DNA from: Thermodesulfobacteriota bacterium
GTDB lineage: Bacteria > Desulfobacterota_D > UBA1144 > Nemesobacterales > JAJCZQ01
Direction of reading: 5' to 3'
Assembly: GCA_965203965.1 (NCBI GenBank)
Contig: CBDBDR010000017.1
Span: forward strand, 160,001 to 224,000
Length of the DNA stretch: 64,000 bases
A model generated the notes under the pieces. It saw only the letters and a list, made by a program, of their open reading frames with translations. It did not search any database and was not told where the DNA came from. The translations under genes and the position numbers were made by a program. Position 1 is the first letter of the stretch. Every line of letters begins with the position of its first letter. Below, one piece after another: positions 50,312 through 60,945 of this stretch.

Positions 50312-51759
50312 CTTTTTCTGATCTTGTCTATTATGTGAGAGGTTGACCTGTTTTTTTCAAGGGGAATTATTTTTACTTCACCCCCGCAGCGTTCCACAAA
50401 AGTTTTACCGACTACTTGGTCTTTTTTATAGTCCCCGCCTTTTGTAATAACGTCGGGTTTCAACTTCTTTATAGTGTTCAAAGGAGTATCTTCGTCAAAG
50501 ATCACAACATAATCCACAAAGTCAAAAGATGAGATAATTGTTGCACGGTCAGCCTCTGAGACGACTGGTTTATTGTTACTCTTATATCTTCTTATGGACT
50601 CATCACTGTTGAGTGCTACAACTAATAGATCACCGTGTTTTATGGACTCTCTTAATATCTTAATGTGCCCGGTGTGAAGGATATCAAAGCAGCCATTGGT
50701 AAAAACAATTTTTTCTCCTCTTTTTTTCCTTTCGGTAATTATTATGCTCAGATCCTTTACGTTTTGTATTTTTAAACGTGAAGGAGATCCTTTTTCTAAA
50801 CTGTGCAATAGTTGGTTTTGCGTCAAGGATGATGTTCCGAGTTTGCCGATCACTATTGAAGAAGCTGCATTGGCTATCTGTGCGGCAGATTGCCATGAAT
50901 CAGAGCATAGAACTGACAGGGTGAATGCGGATATGAAAGTGTCTCCGGCTCCTGTTACGTCACATATCTCTTTTTCAAAAGTTGGAACATGAGAAATCTT
51001 TTTGTCTTTTATAAAACTGATGCCTTCTCTTCCTTTTGTGATAATGACCCCGCCTGATTCTGTGTCATTTTGCAATCTTCTAAGGGTTTTGGCAAGCGTG
51101 GCTTTATCTGAAATGGGGTGACCACAGGCAATTTCAGCTTCTCGTCTGTTTGGTGTTATGACGTTTGCACCTTTATATTTGGTAAAATCTTTCCCTTTAG
51201 GGTCAACTGCAACCAATGCCCTGAACTTCTTAGCCAATTTTATTGTTTTTATAGAAACCTTATTTGTGACTGTTCCTTTGTTGTAATCAGAGATTATTAT
51301 CCCATCCGGCTTAATTGATGGAATAATCTCGGTTAGTTTGTCCAATAACTGATCTTGTGTATCAGAGGAAATTTCAGAGCTGCATTCTTCATCAATTCTT
51401 AGAAGTTGTTGATTGTTGGAGACAATCCTTGTTTTAAGAGTTGTTGGCTTGCTCTTATCTTTAATAATGTTTTCGGAGTTTATACCAGTCTTGTTCAGCA
51501 GTCTTTGTATGATTCTTCCGTTGTTATCTTTACCGATTATTCCGACCAAGTATGTCTTGGCACCCAGTTTAGTAACGTTTTTTGCAACGTTTGAAGCTCC
51601 ACCAAGGTGATATTCCGTATTACTGTAATTAACTATGGGGATAGGAGCCTCGAGTGATATACGGCTGCTTATGCCGAACACATATTTGTCAAGAATCAAG
51701 TCGCCAATCACAAGCACCTTTTTATTCTTGAAGTTATTAATGATTGAGCGGTAATCCAT
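50308..51759 (-). CDS. hldE: Bifunctional heptose-7-phosphate kinase / heptose-1-phosphate adenylyltransferase
   Basis: GGASNVA, ISDYNKG, DVTGAGDT; FTNGCFDILHTGH, KGGDY. Confidence 0.95.
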   Translation of the reverse strand: MDYRSIINNFKNKKVLVIGDLILDKYVFGISSRISLEAPIPIVNYSNTEYHLGGASNVAKNVTKLGAKTYLVGIIGKDNNGRIIQRLLNKTGINSENIIKDKSKPTTLKTRIVSNNQQLLRIDEECSSEISSDTQDQLLDKLTEIIPSIKPDGIIISDYNKGTVTNKVSIKTIKLAKKFRALVAVDPKGKDFTKYKGANVITPNRREAEIACGHPISDKATLAKTLRRLQNDTESGGVIITKGREGISFIKDKKISHVPTFEKEICDVTGAGDTFISAFTLSVLCSDSWQSAAQIANAASSIVIGKLGTSSLTQNQLLHSLEKGSPSRLKIQNVKDLSIIITERKKRGEKIVFTNGCFDILHTGHIKILRESIKHGDLLVVALNSDESIRRYKSNNKPVVSEADRATIISSFDFVDYVVIFDEDTPLNTIKKLKPDVITKGGDYKKDQVVGKTFVERCGGEVKIIPLEKNRSTSHIIDKIRKS

Positions 51760-51794
51760 ATTTTCAGTCTGAAATGATTGCTTATTTGGAACCG

Positions 51795-52061
51795 TTAGGA
51801 TTTCAGTATTTTCATTCTCAGTTCATAAAGTACGTCATTAATGAGATTTTGTTCTTCTTCAGACAGGTTGCCTCTTGTTTTCTCCTCGAGCACTTCCAAG
51901 ATATTTATTGTGTGATTTGCCGCGGACATGTTAATTGTTCTTTGTCGTGATTCAGGGTCAGGAATTTCACCAAGGTGGATTAAAACAGATGTGTTAAGAG
52001 ATAAAATAAATCCTGAAAAGTCAAGTTTGAAACTTTCTTTGTTGTTTTTAGGATTGGTCAT
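51795..52061 (-). CDS. DUF1844-family protein
   Basis: LSL..SVLIHLG..PDP, LEEKTRGNL..EE...L..LRM. Confidence 0.8.
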   Translation of the reverse strand: MTNPKNNKESFKLDFSGFILSLNTSVLIHLGEIPDPESRQRTINMSAANHTINILEVLEEKTRGNLSEEEQNLINDVLYELRMKILKS

Positions 52062-52225
52062 TTAATATTTTCCATCATTGAATTTGAAATAATGTAAAAA
52101 ATTGAATAAGTATTGCAAGATTTCTAACATCGGAAGAAAATATATTCTAATATAGAAAAACATTAATTGTGAAAATAGCTGAACTTATGAAGAAAGGAAA
52201 AACCTACGGGTTTTATTGAGCAAAG

Positions 52226-55084
52226 TTAGTTTTGTTTGAAAAGCTCCTTGTGTACCTTTTGCACTTGTGATACATAGTTGGTCAGAAAATTATATGTTTT
52301 TTCTTGCTCCTTAAATATGCCCGCGGATTGAAAATCAGATATATCATTCAGAGCTTTCTTATAATATTTTTTAGAAAGAACTTGATCTATATAATTAGAC
52401 AACATGGGGACGTCTTGGATTTTATCTTTTATAAAGGCTTTTTTTGCTTTTTCCAAAAAAAGTCCATCGTAAGGAATAAATCCACGTTTTCTTAACTCGG
52501 AATAGCCCATGAATCTGGATTCCATGTCTAACCTCTGGTTACGGTATTGGCTATGCCACTGCAAATTCAACATTATATATTTACAGAAGAAATCGAAACC
52601 CCTTGAAGCTAGACAACGCTCTTGTATTTCATCTTTAGTGCTGCCTATATATTTTTGAAACTGGCGGGAACGAATATTCTCTGAAGCCAAAGGTTCAAAA
52701 AAATAGCTTTCTTGAACTTTAAAAATATCGGTATTGCTACCCATAAAGAATGCAAAATCTGATTCATAAGTGAGTTTAGGAAAAGTCAAGCTGTGTATTT
52801 CTGAACGGGTTAGACCCACTGCCGAGAAACGCTTTATGCCGAATATTTCCAGAAGATGAATGTCTTCCGGTTCATTCATACCAAGTGATTTATGCAAAGT
52901 ATGGAGTGCAGGATCATAAAAACGTTCCCTCCACAGATCATTTTTTTCAAAAGGAGATTTACCAGCCAGAATCAAGACGTCTGCTCCGTTTATAAAGTAT
53001 AGTTTTGAATGAGGAAACACCTGCCCGATGGTGTAAAAGATCATTTTCAAAATTTCCGGATCTATATCGTAAGTATGAAGCCACTGAACTAAAACCCCTT
53101 CTTTGGTTAGTTTTTGGTGTACCAATTCATAAAACTCAAGAGAGAATAAATTTTCAACTCCAACGACCCAAGGATTGCTCGGTTCTGAAACAATAATGTC
53201 AAATTTTTTATCTGTGCGGTTAAAATATCTAAAAGCATCGCTTTCAATAATATTGATCTTGGGATTGGTCGTCAAGTCCAGGTTATAAGTGTGAGAGGAA
53301 ACGTGTTTTAGTCCTTTAATAAGTTGAGAAGATATTTCCAGAACAACTACATCCTTAATATCATCCACTTTGCCCAAAATGGCAGCAGAGAGTCCTGTTC
53401 CCAGACCTATTAAAGCTGAAGAAAGAGAAGTTTTTTCTGGAGCAAATAAATATCCAAGAGAAGATAATAGGAACGTTGTTGAAAAATCTCCCCCAAGAAA
53501 ATTTCCATCTACTTTGCCGTTTAATGAGACTATATAGTTATTGTTTGCTGCGGGGATAGCTTGCTTTACGATAGAGACGGCTTTATTGTCTTTGTCTTCC
53601 AATATTGTCACAGTGGTGTTCGGTCCATCTTTGAAGAAAGCTGTTTTTCTTGATGTGAATCTTTCCGGGAGGTGAAATGGTTTTTTAAAATGATAAGATA
53701 GAGGAAATGTATTTCTGAAATATCCAATCTCGTGTCCGGTGCGGTTCCAATTCGGAGAAAAAGCAAGACCGCATAACAGTGCAACAATAATAACAAGAGC
53801 GGTTATTTGTTTTTCAAAAAATGTAATAATTCCCGTCAAAACGAGTAGAATGGCCAGATTGATCTGAAATAATCTGTCAAGATCAAGGAAATAAAAAGCC
53901 ACATAACCTATAAAGACAGCACCAAAAACAGTTCCCAGAGTATTAAAAAAATAAAGAAGCCCGCATATTCTCGCGTAATTTCCTTTTTTCTTCTTCAATG
54001 AAGCATAAGCTAAGGGAAGAAGTCGTCCCATAAAAAATGCTATTGGAAGAATAAACAGAGCTAAAAACAGATATATTTCCAGTTTAAAAAAATAGTAATT
54101 AAAAGGGATAGTTCTTAAAGTAACCCTTATATTGTTTAACCAAATAGACCAATATGGTGCAGTTAGAAATGAAGCGAACAAAAAGATAATGGATAAAAAA
54201 AGTTGCCTTGTAAAAAACGAGACCGATATGTTTTGAGGAAGGGAAAGACTGCCCAAACCCAAACCTCCAACAAAGAGTGAGAGAATGATGGGGAAATTGT
54301 AAACACCAGCTCCAATGCTCACGTTTAGCAGTCGGATAAATAATATCTCACAGGAGATAACAACGGCTCCGGTAAGAAAAACGAACACCATGTAAAATCT
54401 ATTTGAAAGAGAGGTTGGTATTGGGTGTATATCTTCTTTTTTTTTCACTTCACCTTTAAGAGAATTTGCTATGAAAACAAAAGAAGCAGCAAGATTGATC
54501 AATCCTGAAACAATGAGAGTGAACTTAAAGCCAAAATTAGGTAGGAGATAAAAACCTGAGATCAATGTACCAAAAAAAGCACCAATTATATTCCACCCAT
54601 AGACTCTGGTGTGAATATAATTGACTTCCCGAGACTGATTAGGGAGAGTGGCTGTCAGAATGGGAATAGAAGCACCCATTAGAAAAGTTGGGAAAAATAA
54701 AGCCAAAAGAGCAATAAAAATATCAACAATAAGATTGTTTGCAGAATTAAAGCTCAAGAGTTTTAATAGTTCAAAATACAGATAAAATGCTATGATGTAG
54801 AAAGCTGTTGCAAGTTCTACATATCCGTAAATTTTGAGTAGTAAAAAACGAGACCAATTTCTTTCCGTGAGTTTTCCGAAAACGAAATAACCAGTTGCAA
54901 GACCAAAAAGAAAAATGGCAACAACAAGACTCATAGAGCGAGCCTCACTTCCTACGAGAATAGCCAAATATTTCTGCCAGACCACTTGGCTACATAAAGA
55001 AGCAAAACCTGTTAGAAGAGTTGCTCCATACGCGAGTCTCCTGTATAAGAGCGGGGGAGGTGGTGATAATTGAGGTAGCTTCAT
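52226..55084 (-). CDS. Membrane-fused spermidine-synthase-like / SAM-dependent methyltransferase
   Basis: About 13 N-terminal TM segments ([25 protein letters not shown]), then [38 protein letters not shown]. Confidence 0.85.
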   Translation of the reverse strand: MKLPQLSPPPPLLYRRLAYGATLLTGFASLCSQVVWQKYLAILVGSEARSMSLVVAIFLFGLATGYFVFGKLTERNWSRFLLLKIYGYVELATAFYIIAFYLYFELLKLLSFNSANNLIVDIFIALLALFFPTFLMGASIPILTATLPNQSREVNYIHTRVYGWNIIGAFFGTLISGFYLLPNFGFKFTLIVSGLINLAASFVFIANSLKGEVKKKEDIHPIPTSLSNRFYMVFVFLTGAVVISCEILFIRLLNVSIGAGVYNFPIILSLFVGGLGLGSLSLPQNISVSFFTRQLFLSIIFLFASFLTAPYWSIWLNNIRVTLRTIPFNYYFFKLEIYLFLALFILPIAFFMGRLLPLAYASLKKKKGNYARICGLLYFFNTLGTVFGAVFIGYVAFYFLDLDRLFQINLAILLVLTGIITFFEKQITALVIIVALLCGLAFSPNWNRTGHEIGYFRNTFPLSYHFKKPFHLPERFTSRKTAFFKDGPNTTVTILEDKDNKAVSIVKQAIPAANNNYIVSLNGKVDGNFLGGDFSTTFLLSSLGYLFAPEKTSLSSALIGLGTGLSAAILGKVDDIKDVVVLEISSQLIKGLKHVSSHTYNLDLTTNPKINIIESDAFRYFNRTDKKFDIIVSEPSNPWVVGVENLFSLEFYELVHQKLTKEGVLVQWLHTYDIDPEILKMIFYTIGQVFPHSKLYFINGADVLILAGKSPFEKNDLWRERFYDPALHTLHKSLGMNEPEDIHLLEIFGIKRFSAVGLTRSEIHSLTFPKLTYESDFAFFMGSNTDIFKVQESYFFEPLASENIRSRQFQKYIGSTKDEIQERCLASRGFDFFCKYIMLNLQWHSQYRNQRLDMESRFMGYSELRKRGFIPYDGLFLEKAKKAFIKDKIQDVPMLSNYIDQVLSKKYYKKALNDISDFQSAGIFKEQEKTYNFLTNYVSQVQKVHKELFKQN

Positions 55085-56043
55085 CTCAGGTATTTATCTA
55101 AATATTCCCTGGGATTGTATGGCTCGGATTTAGAAATATCTTTCAATTTTTCCACTGTTATATCGCTGATCTTATTCGGCATTACGATTTCTATAATAAC
55201 GTATTGGTCACCCGCTTTACTTGTTTTCAGATTTTTAATGCCTTTGTTCCTAAGCCTGAGCCTGGCACCATTCTGTATTCCACTTGGAATTACCACTTTT
55301 GCTTTGCCGTCCAAGGTCGGAACTTCGGCAGTTGTTCCAATAGCGGCTTCATAAAATGTCACTGGCAGCTTTATTGAAATATCGTCTTCCCGTCTTGTAA
55401 ACAAATCATGGGGGTTCACCTTGACCTTCAGTATAAGGTCGCCTCTTATATTTCCCGACTGTTCTCCTTTGCCCTTGATCCTTATTTTTGCTCCGTCATT
55501 AACTCCGGGCGGTATCTTAACGGAAATTTTTTCACTTTTTGTAACTCCACGGTTGTCATGGGATTTGATAGTAAGGGATTTGACTCCCCCCTTTATAGCG
55601 GTATGAAAGTCTATTGTGATATTATGCTCTGTGTTTTTAGGTTGCCGTTGTGAGTATCTGCCGGTTGAAAACCCGCTGAACATACTTGAAAAAGGGTCTG
55701 ATGACCTGCCTTCTTGTCCTGAAAACCTGAACACGTCCTTAAAAATTTCTTCAAAACTGGGTATGTCACCGGAAAAATTGTAGGCACCAGAGAATCCCTG
55801 CCCACCAGATCGATTGTTAAAATTCACGTTGCCAAACGTATTATATTGCTGTCGTTTCTGATCATCGTAAAGCACTTCATAGGCTTCCTGTATGGATTTA
55901 AATTTATCTTCAGCTTTCTTATCGTCCGGGTTGAGGTCAGGATGATATTTTCTTGCCAAATCCCTATATGCCTTCTTTATTTCCTCTTTGGATGCGGATT
56001 TGGAAACACCTAATGTTTTGTAATAGTCTTTCACTTTGTTCAT
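55081..56043 (-). CDS. cbpA: DnaJ class II chaperone (CbpA-like)
   Basis: J domain with HPD, G/F region, C-terminal domain, no zinc finger. Confidence 0.85.
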   Translation of the reverse strand: MNKVKDYYKTLGVSKSASKEEIKKAYRDLARKYHPDLNPDDKKAEDKFKSIQEAYEVLYDDQKRQQYNTFGNVNFNNRSGGQGFSGAYNFSGDIPSFEEIFKDVFRFSGQEGRSSDPFSSMFSGFSTGRYSQRQPKNTEHNITIDFHTAIKGGVKSLTIKSHDNRGVTKSEKISVKIPPGVNDGAKIRIKGKGEQSGNIRGDLILKVKVNPHDLFTRREDDISIKLPVTFYEAAIGTTAEVPTLDGKAKVVIPSGIQNGARLRLRNKGIKNLKTSKAGDQYVIIEIVMPNKISDITVEKLKDISKSEPYNPREYLDKYLR

Positions 56044-56110
56044 TTATGTTAATGCACAGTTCACAGCCACGAGTGGTGCACGGTAACCGATAGCTAATAA
56101 TTAAGATTTA

Positions 56111-57157
56111 TCACTTTTCAATGTATTTCAAGACTTGGTCGGCAATATTGAAAAATGCTTTTGATGCCATGGAGTCGGGTTTGGTTTCCAGAATAGGCTT
56201 TCCCGTGTCTCCACCAATTCTGATATCAGGATCAATAGGTATTTCTCCAAGGAATGGAACTTTGAATTTTTCTGCTATTCTTTTACCTCCTCCCCTGCCA
56301 AAGATATTAATTTTTTCTTTACTTCCAGGTATATCAAGGTAACTCATGTTCTCAATGATTCCGATCAATGGTATGTTGAGTTTTTGAAACATTAAAATGC
56401 CCCTTCTCACGTCAATAAGTGCCACGTCCTGGGGGGTTGTGACTATCACGCCACCGCTGAGAGGGACAGTTTGTGCCAGTGATAGTTGAGCATCGCCTGT
56501 TCCCGGAGGCAGATCAATAACGAGGTATTGGGTATCTTTCCAATTAACGTCCTCAACAAACTGTTTGACCGCACTGTGAACCATTGGTCCTCTCCAAATA
56601 ACGGCTTCTTCTTCGTTTACAAGAAAGCCTATGGACATCATTTTTAATCCGTATTTTTCAACGGGGAATATTTTCTGGTTATCGGATGCAACAGGCCTTT
56701 CATTTGTTCCCATCATTATTGGTGCGCTTGGTCCCCATATATCAGCATCCATCAATCCTGTTTTCGGTCTTTTTTTTGATATTGCCAGTGCAAGATTGAC
56801 TGCAACGGTTGATTTACCAACGCCACCTTTGCCGCTTGCAACCGCTATGTAATGTTTGATGCTGGGTAGTTTGGATCCATCGGTTCCAGTTGTATTTACA
56901 GATTTTTGAGGCTGTCTTGAGTTTATATCCAGACGCAGGCTTGAAACACCCGGAATTTCAAGAACAGATTTTCTGACTGCGCTTTCCAATTGGGCTTTAA
57001 GTGAGTCATCAGGCTTTGGCAATAGTAGGGAAACGTGAACAAAAGACCCATCAAGTTTTATTTCTTTTACAAGACCGAAAGAGACAATATTTCTTGTAAA
57101 CCCGGGGTAGTTAATACCCGTTAGAACTTGTAGAATAACTTCCTTGCTAAGGGGCAT
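56111..57157 (-). CDS. mrp: Mrp/ApbC Fe-S cluster carrier ATPase
   Basis: ASGKGGVGKST, WRGPM, DLPPGTGD, VTTPQ, IENMS. Confidence 0.92.
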   Translation of the reverse strand: MPLSKEVILQVLTGINYPGFTRNIVSFGLVKEIKLDGSFVHVSLLLPKPDDSLKAQLESAVRKSVLEIPGVSSLRLDINSRQPQKSVNTTGTDGSKLPSIKHYIAVASGKGGVGKSTVAVNLALAISKKRPKTGLMDADIWGPSAPIMMGTNERPVASDNQKIFPVEKYGLKMMSIGFLVNEEEAVIWRGPMVHSAVKQFVEDVNWKDTQYLVIDLPPGTGDAQLSLAQTVPLSGGVIVTTPQDVALIDVRRGILMFQKLNIPLIGIIENMSYLDIPGSKEKINIFGRGGGKRIAEKFKVPFLGEIPIDPDIRIGGDTGKPILETKPDSMASKAFFNIADQVLKYIEK

Positions 57158-57162
57158 AAGAG

Positions 57163-57564
57163 CTAACCAATACCGAGTTTTTCTTTAGCTTTATCGCTCA
57201 TCATGTCGGGATTCCAAGGAGGATCCCAGATAATTTCTATCAGGACATTTTCAGCCCCTATTTCCTTTATAGCCATTTCAGCCTGAGTTGCTATCATTGA
57301 ACCCATACCGCATCCGGGAGTAGTGAGAGTCATTTTTATATTGACATTATTACCTGAAATTTTAGTATCGTATATCAATCCCAGATCAACGATACTTACG
57401 GGAAGTTCAGGATCATGGACTGTTTCCAGTGCGGCTTTTATCATCTCTTCGGTGAGTTCAACTGGGTTGGATTTTTCTTTTTTCTCAAATTTTTTAAACG
57501 TGACACTTTGATCTTGCTCGTGCTTAGTTTGATTTGGATTGTTGATCTTTATTATCTTTTTCAT
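57163..57564 (-). CDS. DUF59/SufT-like Fe-S assembly protein
   Basis: DPELPVSIVDLGL, TLTTPGCG, WDPPW. Confidence 0.9.
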   Translation of the reverse strand: MKKIIKINNPNQTKHEQDQSVTFKKFEKKEKSNPVELTEEMIKAALETVHDPELPVSIVDLGLIYDTKISGNNVNIKMTLTTPGCGMGSMIATQAEMAIKEIGAENVLIEIIWDPPWNPDMMSDKAKEKLGIG

Positions 57565-57694
57565 AATTGACTGCTCTCCACACAGAAATTTCTGTTAATT
57601 AAGATATATGATTAGTTATTTATTTCAAAGTATATGCTACGTCTCATATGTATTATTGTATTTATAAAAAATAGCTATAATTATACTACTGCCG

Positions 57695-58504
57695 ATGTTA
57701 GAACTAGATGTGTTTAAAGTGTTTAAACTCTTTTTTCTCAACCAAGGTATGATAATTCTTTGGTCTTTTCTTCTTATAAGTTTGAGTTTTCACTTAATCC
57801 TCAGGATCTTCAGGACGGCTTGGTTCAAAGGATTAATGGGTGAGTTATTAGTCAGATGCTTGGTTTTCATTGGACTCAATAAAAATATTTACCGTTCTTT
57901 TAACAATGTTTTTCTTCCCACACCCGATGGCACAACCCAGACTGATCATATTGTCGTGTCAAAATACGGTGTTTTTGTAATTGAAACGAAAAATATGAAG
58001 GGTTGGATTTTTGGCGACGAATCACAATCCACGTGGACACAGTTGATTTACAAGAAAAAATACACGTTTCAGAACCCAGTTCATCAGAATTACAAGCATA
58101 TAAAGGCATTAGAATCATTGCTTGATATAGACTCCAAAGCTATTCACTCTGTTGTTGTTTTTTGTGGTGGAGCTACTTTCAAGTCTGACATGCCTGAAAA
58201 TGTAATCTATGCAGGCAAACTCATTTCCCACATCAAATCAAAAGCACAACAAGTTTTATCTGATTCACAGGTTGAAGACGTTATATCGGCTATTGAATCG
58301 GGTAAACTGAAAGATACATCTCAAACGAATAGTGATCACGTTGACAGCTTAAAATCCAGAAGGGACCCAAACTCTAAACAGCTTTGTTACAAGTGTGGTA
58401 GTCCGATGGTTTTGCGAACTCAAAAGAGAGGGGACAAAAAAGGAAGGCGGTTTTGGGGTTGCTCACGGTATCCAAAGTGTCGTGTTATAAGGAATGTTAT
58501 TTAG
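57695..58504 (+). CDS. NERD-domain nuclease-related protein with N-terminal TM and C-terminal topoisomerase-type C4 zinc finger
   Basis: KGLMGE, TTQTDHIVVS..GVFVIETKN, NP..QN..H; CYKCGSPMVLR...FWGCSRYPKC. Confidence 0.9.
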   Translation: MLELDVFKVFKLFFLNQGMIILWSFLLISLSFHLILRIFRTAWFKGLMGELLVRCLVFIGLNKNIYRSFNNVFLPTPDGTTQTDHIVVSKYGVFVIETKNMKGWIFGDESQSTWTQLIYKKKYTFQNPVHQNYKHIKALESLLDIDSKAIHSVVVFCGGATFKSDMPENVIYAGKLISHIKSKAQQVLSDSQVEDVISAIESGKLKDTSQTNSDHVDSLKSRRDPNSKQLCYKCGSPMVLRTQKRGDKKGRRFWGCSRYPKCRVIRNVI

Positions 58505-58566
58505 CCAAGGGTTAATTTTTCAATCCCGAAAATCTTGGTCTTTATTATGTATAATTCTTTTCACCT

Positions 58567-59850
58567 ATGAAAATAATAAAGGTTACAAAAGACAACCTGC
58601 GTAAAACCATCAAAAGTATTGAAGAAGATTACATACAGTTTGACTCCAGACAGGTTCAGACAACTGAAAAGATTGTAAAGGACGTGCTGAAAAACGGTGA
58701 TGAAGCAGTGTTCAGATATACCAAAAAGTTTGATAAATTTGAGGTAAACCAAAGGAATTTAGTTGTTACGGATAAGGAAATAAAAGATGCTCTGAATTGT
58801 GTTCCAAGAGAAATCATGAGAGATTTGGAAATTGCAGCGCAAAGGATAGAGAACTACCAGAAAAAGAAACTGCCACAACCTTGCTTGTTTAAGGACGAGT
58901 TTGGGAATGAGCTTGGATGGGAGATTAGGGCAGTTGAGAAGGTGGGGATATACGTTCCCGGTGGAAAAGCCTCTTATCCTTCTACCGTTCTTATGACTGC
59001 GATCCCTGCAAAAGTTGCAGGTGTAGATGAAATATTTATTGCCACCCCATGCCCAGATGGAATAATAAACCCGTCAGTTTTGGCAGCTGCTTCAATTTGT
59101 GGTGTGGATAGGATATACAAAGTGGGAGGAGCGCAGGCAGTTGCGGCTTTTGCCTATGGAACTGAGCTTGTTGACAGGGTTAATAAAATAGTCGGACCGG
59201 GAAATATATTCGTAACGATTGCCAAAAAACTCGTTTACGGTGCCGTGGATATTGATACATTGGCAGGACCGAGTGAGATATTGATAATTGCCGACGGTTC
59301 ATGTCCAGCACTTTGGGTGGCATCTGATCTTCTTGCACAGGCTGAACATGATGAAATGGCAGTTCCCACTTTGATAACAACCTCGTCGGAATATGCAGGT
59401 GAAGTTAAAAAAGTGCTGTTTGAGAAGTTGGATAAGATCCAAAGAGTAAGAATCGCGAAACAATCAATTATGAACAATGGCAAGATTTATATTGTAGAAG
59501 ATCTTAACCATGCTGTTGAGATCTCAAATAGGATTGCGCCTGAGCATTTGGAGTTGTGCGTTAAGTCACCTGACAATATCCTTAAAAAGATAGTTCACGC
59601 TGGAGCTATATTTGTAGGGGCAATGTCAACCGAGTCATTTGGTGATTACATATCGGGGCCGAGCCACGTGCTTCCCACGGGCGGTGCTGCTAGGTTTTCC
59701 TCACCACTTAGCGTTTATGATTTTATAAAAATGCCCAGTGTAATCCGCACGTCTGAAAAAGGTTTTAAGAAACTCTCCAATTCCGTTATCAATTTAGCTT
59801 ATTCAGAAGGACTTGAGGCTCATGCACTATCCGTGAAGGTAAGACTTTGA
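58567..59850 (+). CDS. hisD: Histidinol dehydrogenase
   Basis: YVPGG, GGAQAVAA, GPGN, AGPSE, QAEHD, APEHL, HVLPT. Confidence 0.97.
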   Translation: MKIIKVTKDNLRKTIKSIEEDYIQFDSRQVQTTEKIVKDVLKNGDEAVFRYTKKFDKFEVNQRNLVVTDKEIKDALNCVPREIMRDLEIAAQRIENYQKKKLPQPCLFKDEFGNELGWEIRAVEKVGIYVPGGKASYPSTVLMTAIPAKVAGVDEIFIATPCPDGIINPSVLAAASICGVDRIYKVGGAQAVAAFAYGTELVDRVNKIVGPGNIFVTIAKKLVYGAVDIDTLAGPSEILIIADGSCPALWVASDLLAQAEHDEMAVPTLITTSSEYAGEVKKVLFEKLDKIQRVRIAKQSIMNNGKIYIVEDLNHAVEISNRIAPEHLELCVKSPDNILKKIVHAGAIFVGAMSTESFGDYISGPSHVLPTGGAARFSSPLSVYDFIKMPSVIRTSEKGFKKLSNSVINLAYSEGLEAHALSVKVRL

Positions 59851-59868
59851 CCGGAATAGTTAGGAAAA

Positions 59869-60945
59869 ATGTCAAGCGGCAAAGACAATTACAGAGAAAG
59901 GCTATGCAACAACTTCAAACAGCTCGGATCATACTCGATCCCAGGTGTTGAGTGTGAGGTTAAGTTAGACGGGAACGAAAGTCCTTTTGACTTGAATCCA
60001 GAAATTAGAAATGAGATTATGGACAGAGTATCGTCCATGAAATTAAATCGTTATCCGGATCCCAACGCACGAGATCTCAAAAAATCCGTGAGCAGATGTT
60101 ACAGTATTTCTCAAGATTGTATATTATTCGGCAACGGTTCTGACGAATTAATACAGATGCTGATAGAAACCTTCACGGGGAAAAGTGCCACCGTGCTGGT
60201 TCCCAAACCCACATTTTCAATGTATAGGTTCACAAGCCTTGTTCTTGGCAAAGAGGTTATTGAGGTCGGACTGGATAAGGGTTTTGATATAAATCTTGAT
60301 CTCACACTGAAACATATTAAGCAGAGTGATCCAGACCTCTTTTTCTTTTCCACTCCAAACAATCCCACTGGCAATTCATTGTCAAAAGAGAAGATAGTCA
60401 AGATCTTAAGCTCTACAAGTGGGTTAGTTGTTATAGATGAGGCTTATTTTGATTATAACGATACAACCTTTTTACCGTTACTGGAGAATTTTGACAACTT
60501 GATTGTCCTTAGAACAATGTCAAAAATAGGTTTTGCATCAATAAGGCTCGGGATTTTATTTGCCAATCCCAGTTTGGTTGTTGAATTGAACAAAGCAAGA
60601 CTTCCTTATAACATAAATTCAATGACGCAGGTGATCTCTGAAGTTGCAATTAACAACTACTCATTGCTTGAGGCTAATTTTTCCATGATAAAACTGCAGA
60701 GAAAACTCATGTATGAAAAACTTGCAGAACTTCCCAATATTAGTGTTTTTCCAAGTTGTGCTAACTTTTTCCTTATCAAAGTCCCTAACGCTGATTTCTA
60801 CTTCAACAAGTTAGTGGATAAGGGGATTTTGGTAAGAAATCTTAACGGTTTTTCTGGGCTTGAGAACTGTCTCAGGGTAACGATCGGCACGTCCTCGGAA
60901 AATTCAAGATTTCTGGATGCTTTCTCAACTATATCTTTTTCTTAA
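59869..60945 (+). CDS. hisC: Histidinol-phosphate aminotransferase
   Basis: NESP, NRYPD, GNGSDE, PNNPTG, DEAY, RTMSK. Confidence 0.95.
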   Translation: MSSGKDNYRERLCNNFKQLGSYSIPGVECEVKLDGNESPFDLNPEIRNEIMDRVSSMKLNRYPDPNARDLKKSVSRCYSISQDCILFGNGSDELIQMLIETFTGKSATVLVPKPTFSMYRFTSLVLGKEVIEVGLDKGFDINLDLTLKHIKQSDPDLFFFSTPNNPTGNSLSKEKIVKILSSTSGLVVIDEAYFDYNDTTFLPLLENFDNLIVLRTMSKIGFASIRLGILFANPSLVVELNKARLPYNINSMTQVISEVAINNYSLLEANFSMIKLQRKLMYEKLAELPNISVFPSCANFFLIKVPNADFYFNKLVDKGILVRNLNGFSGLENCLRVTIGTSSENSRFLDAFSTISFS

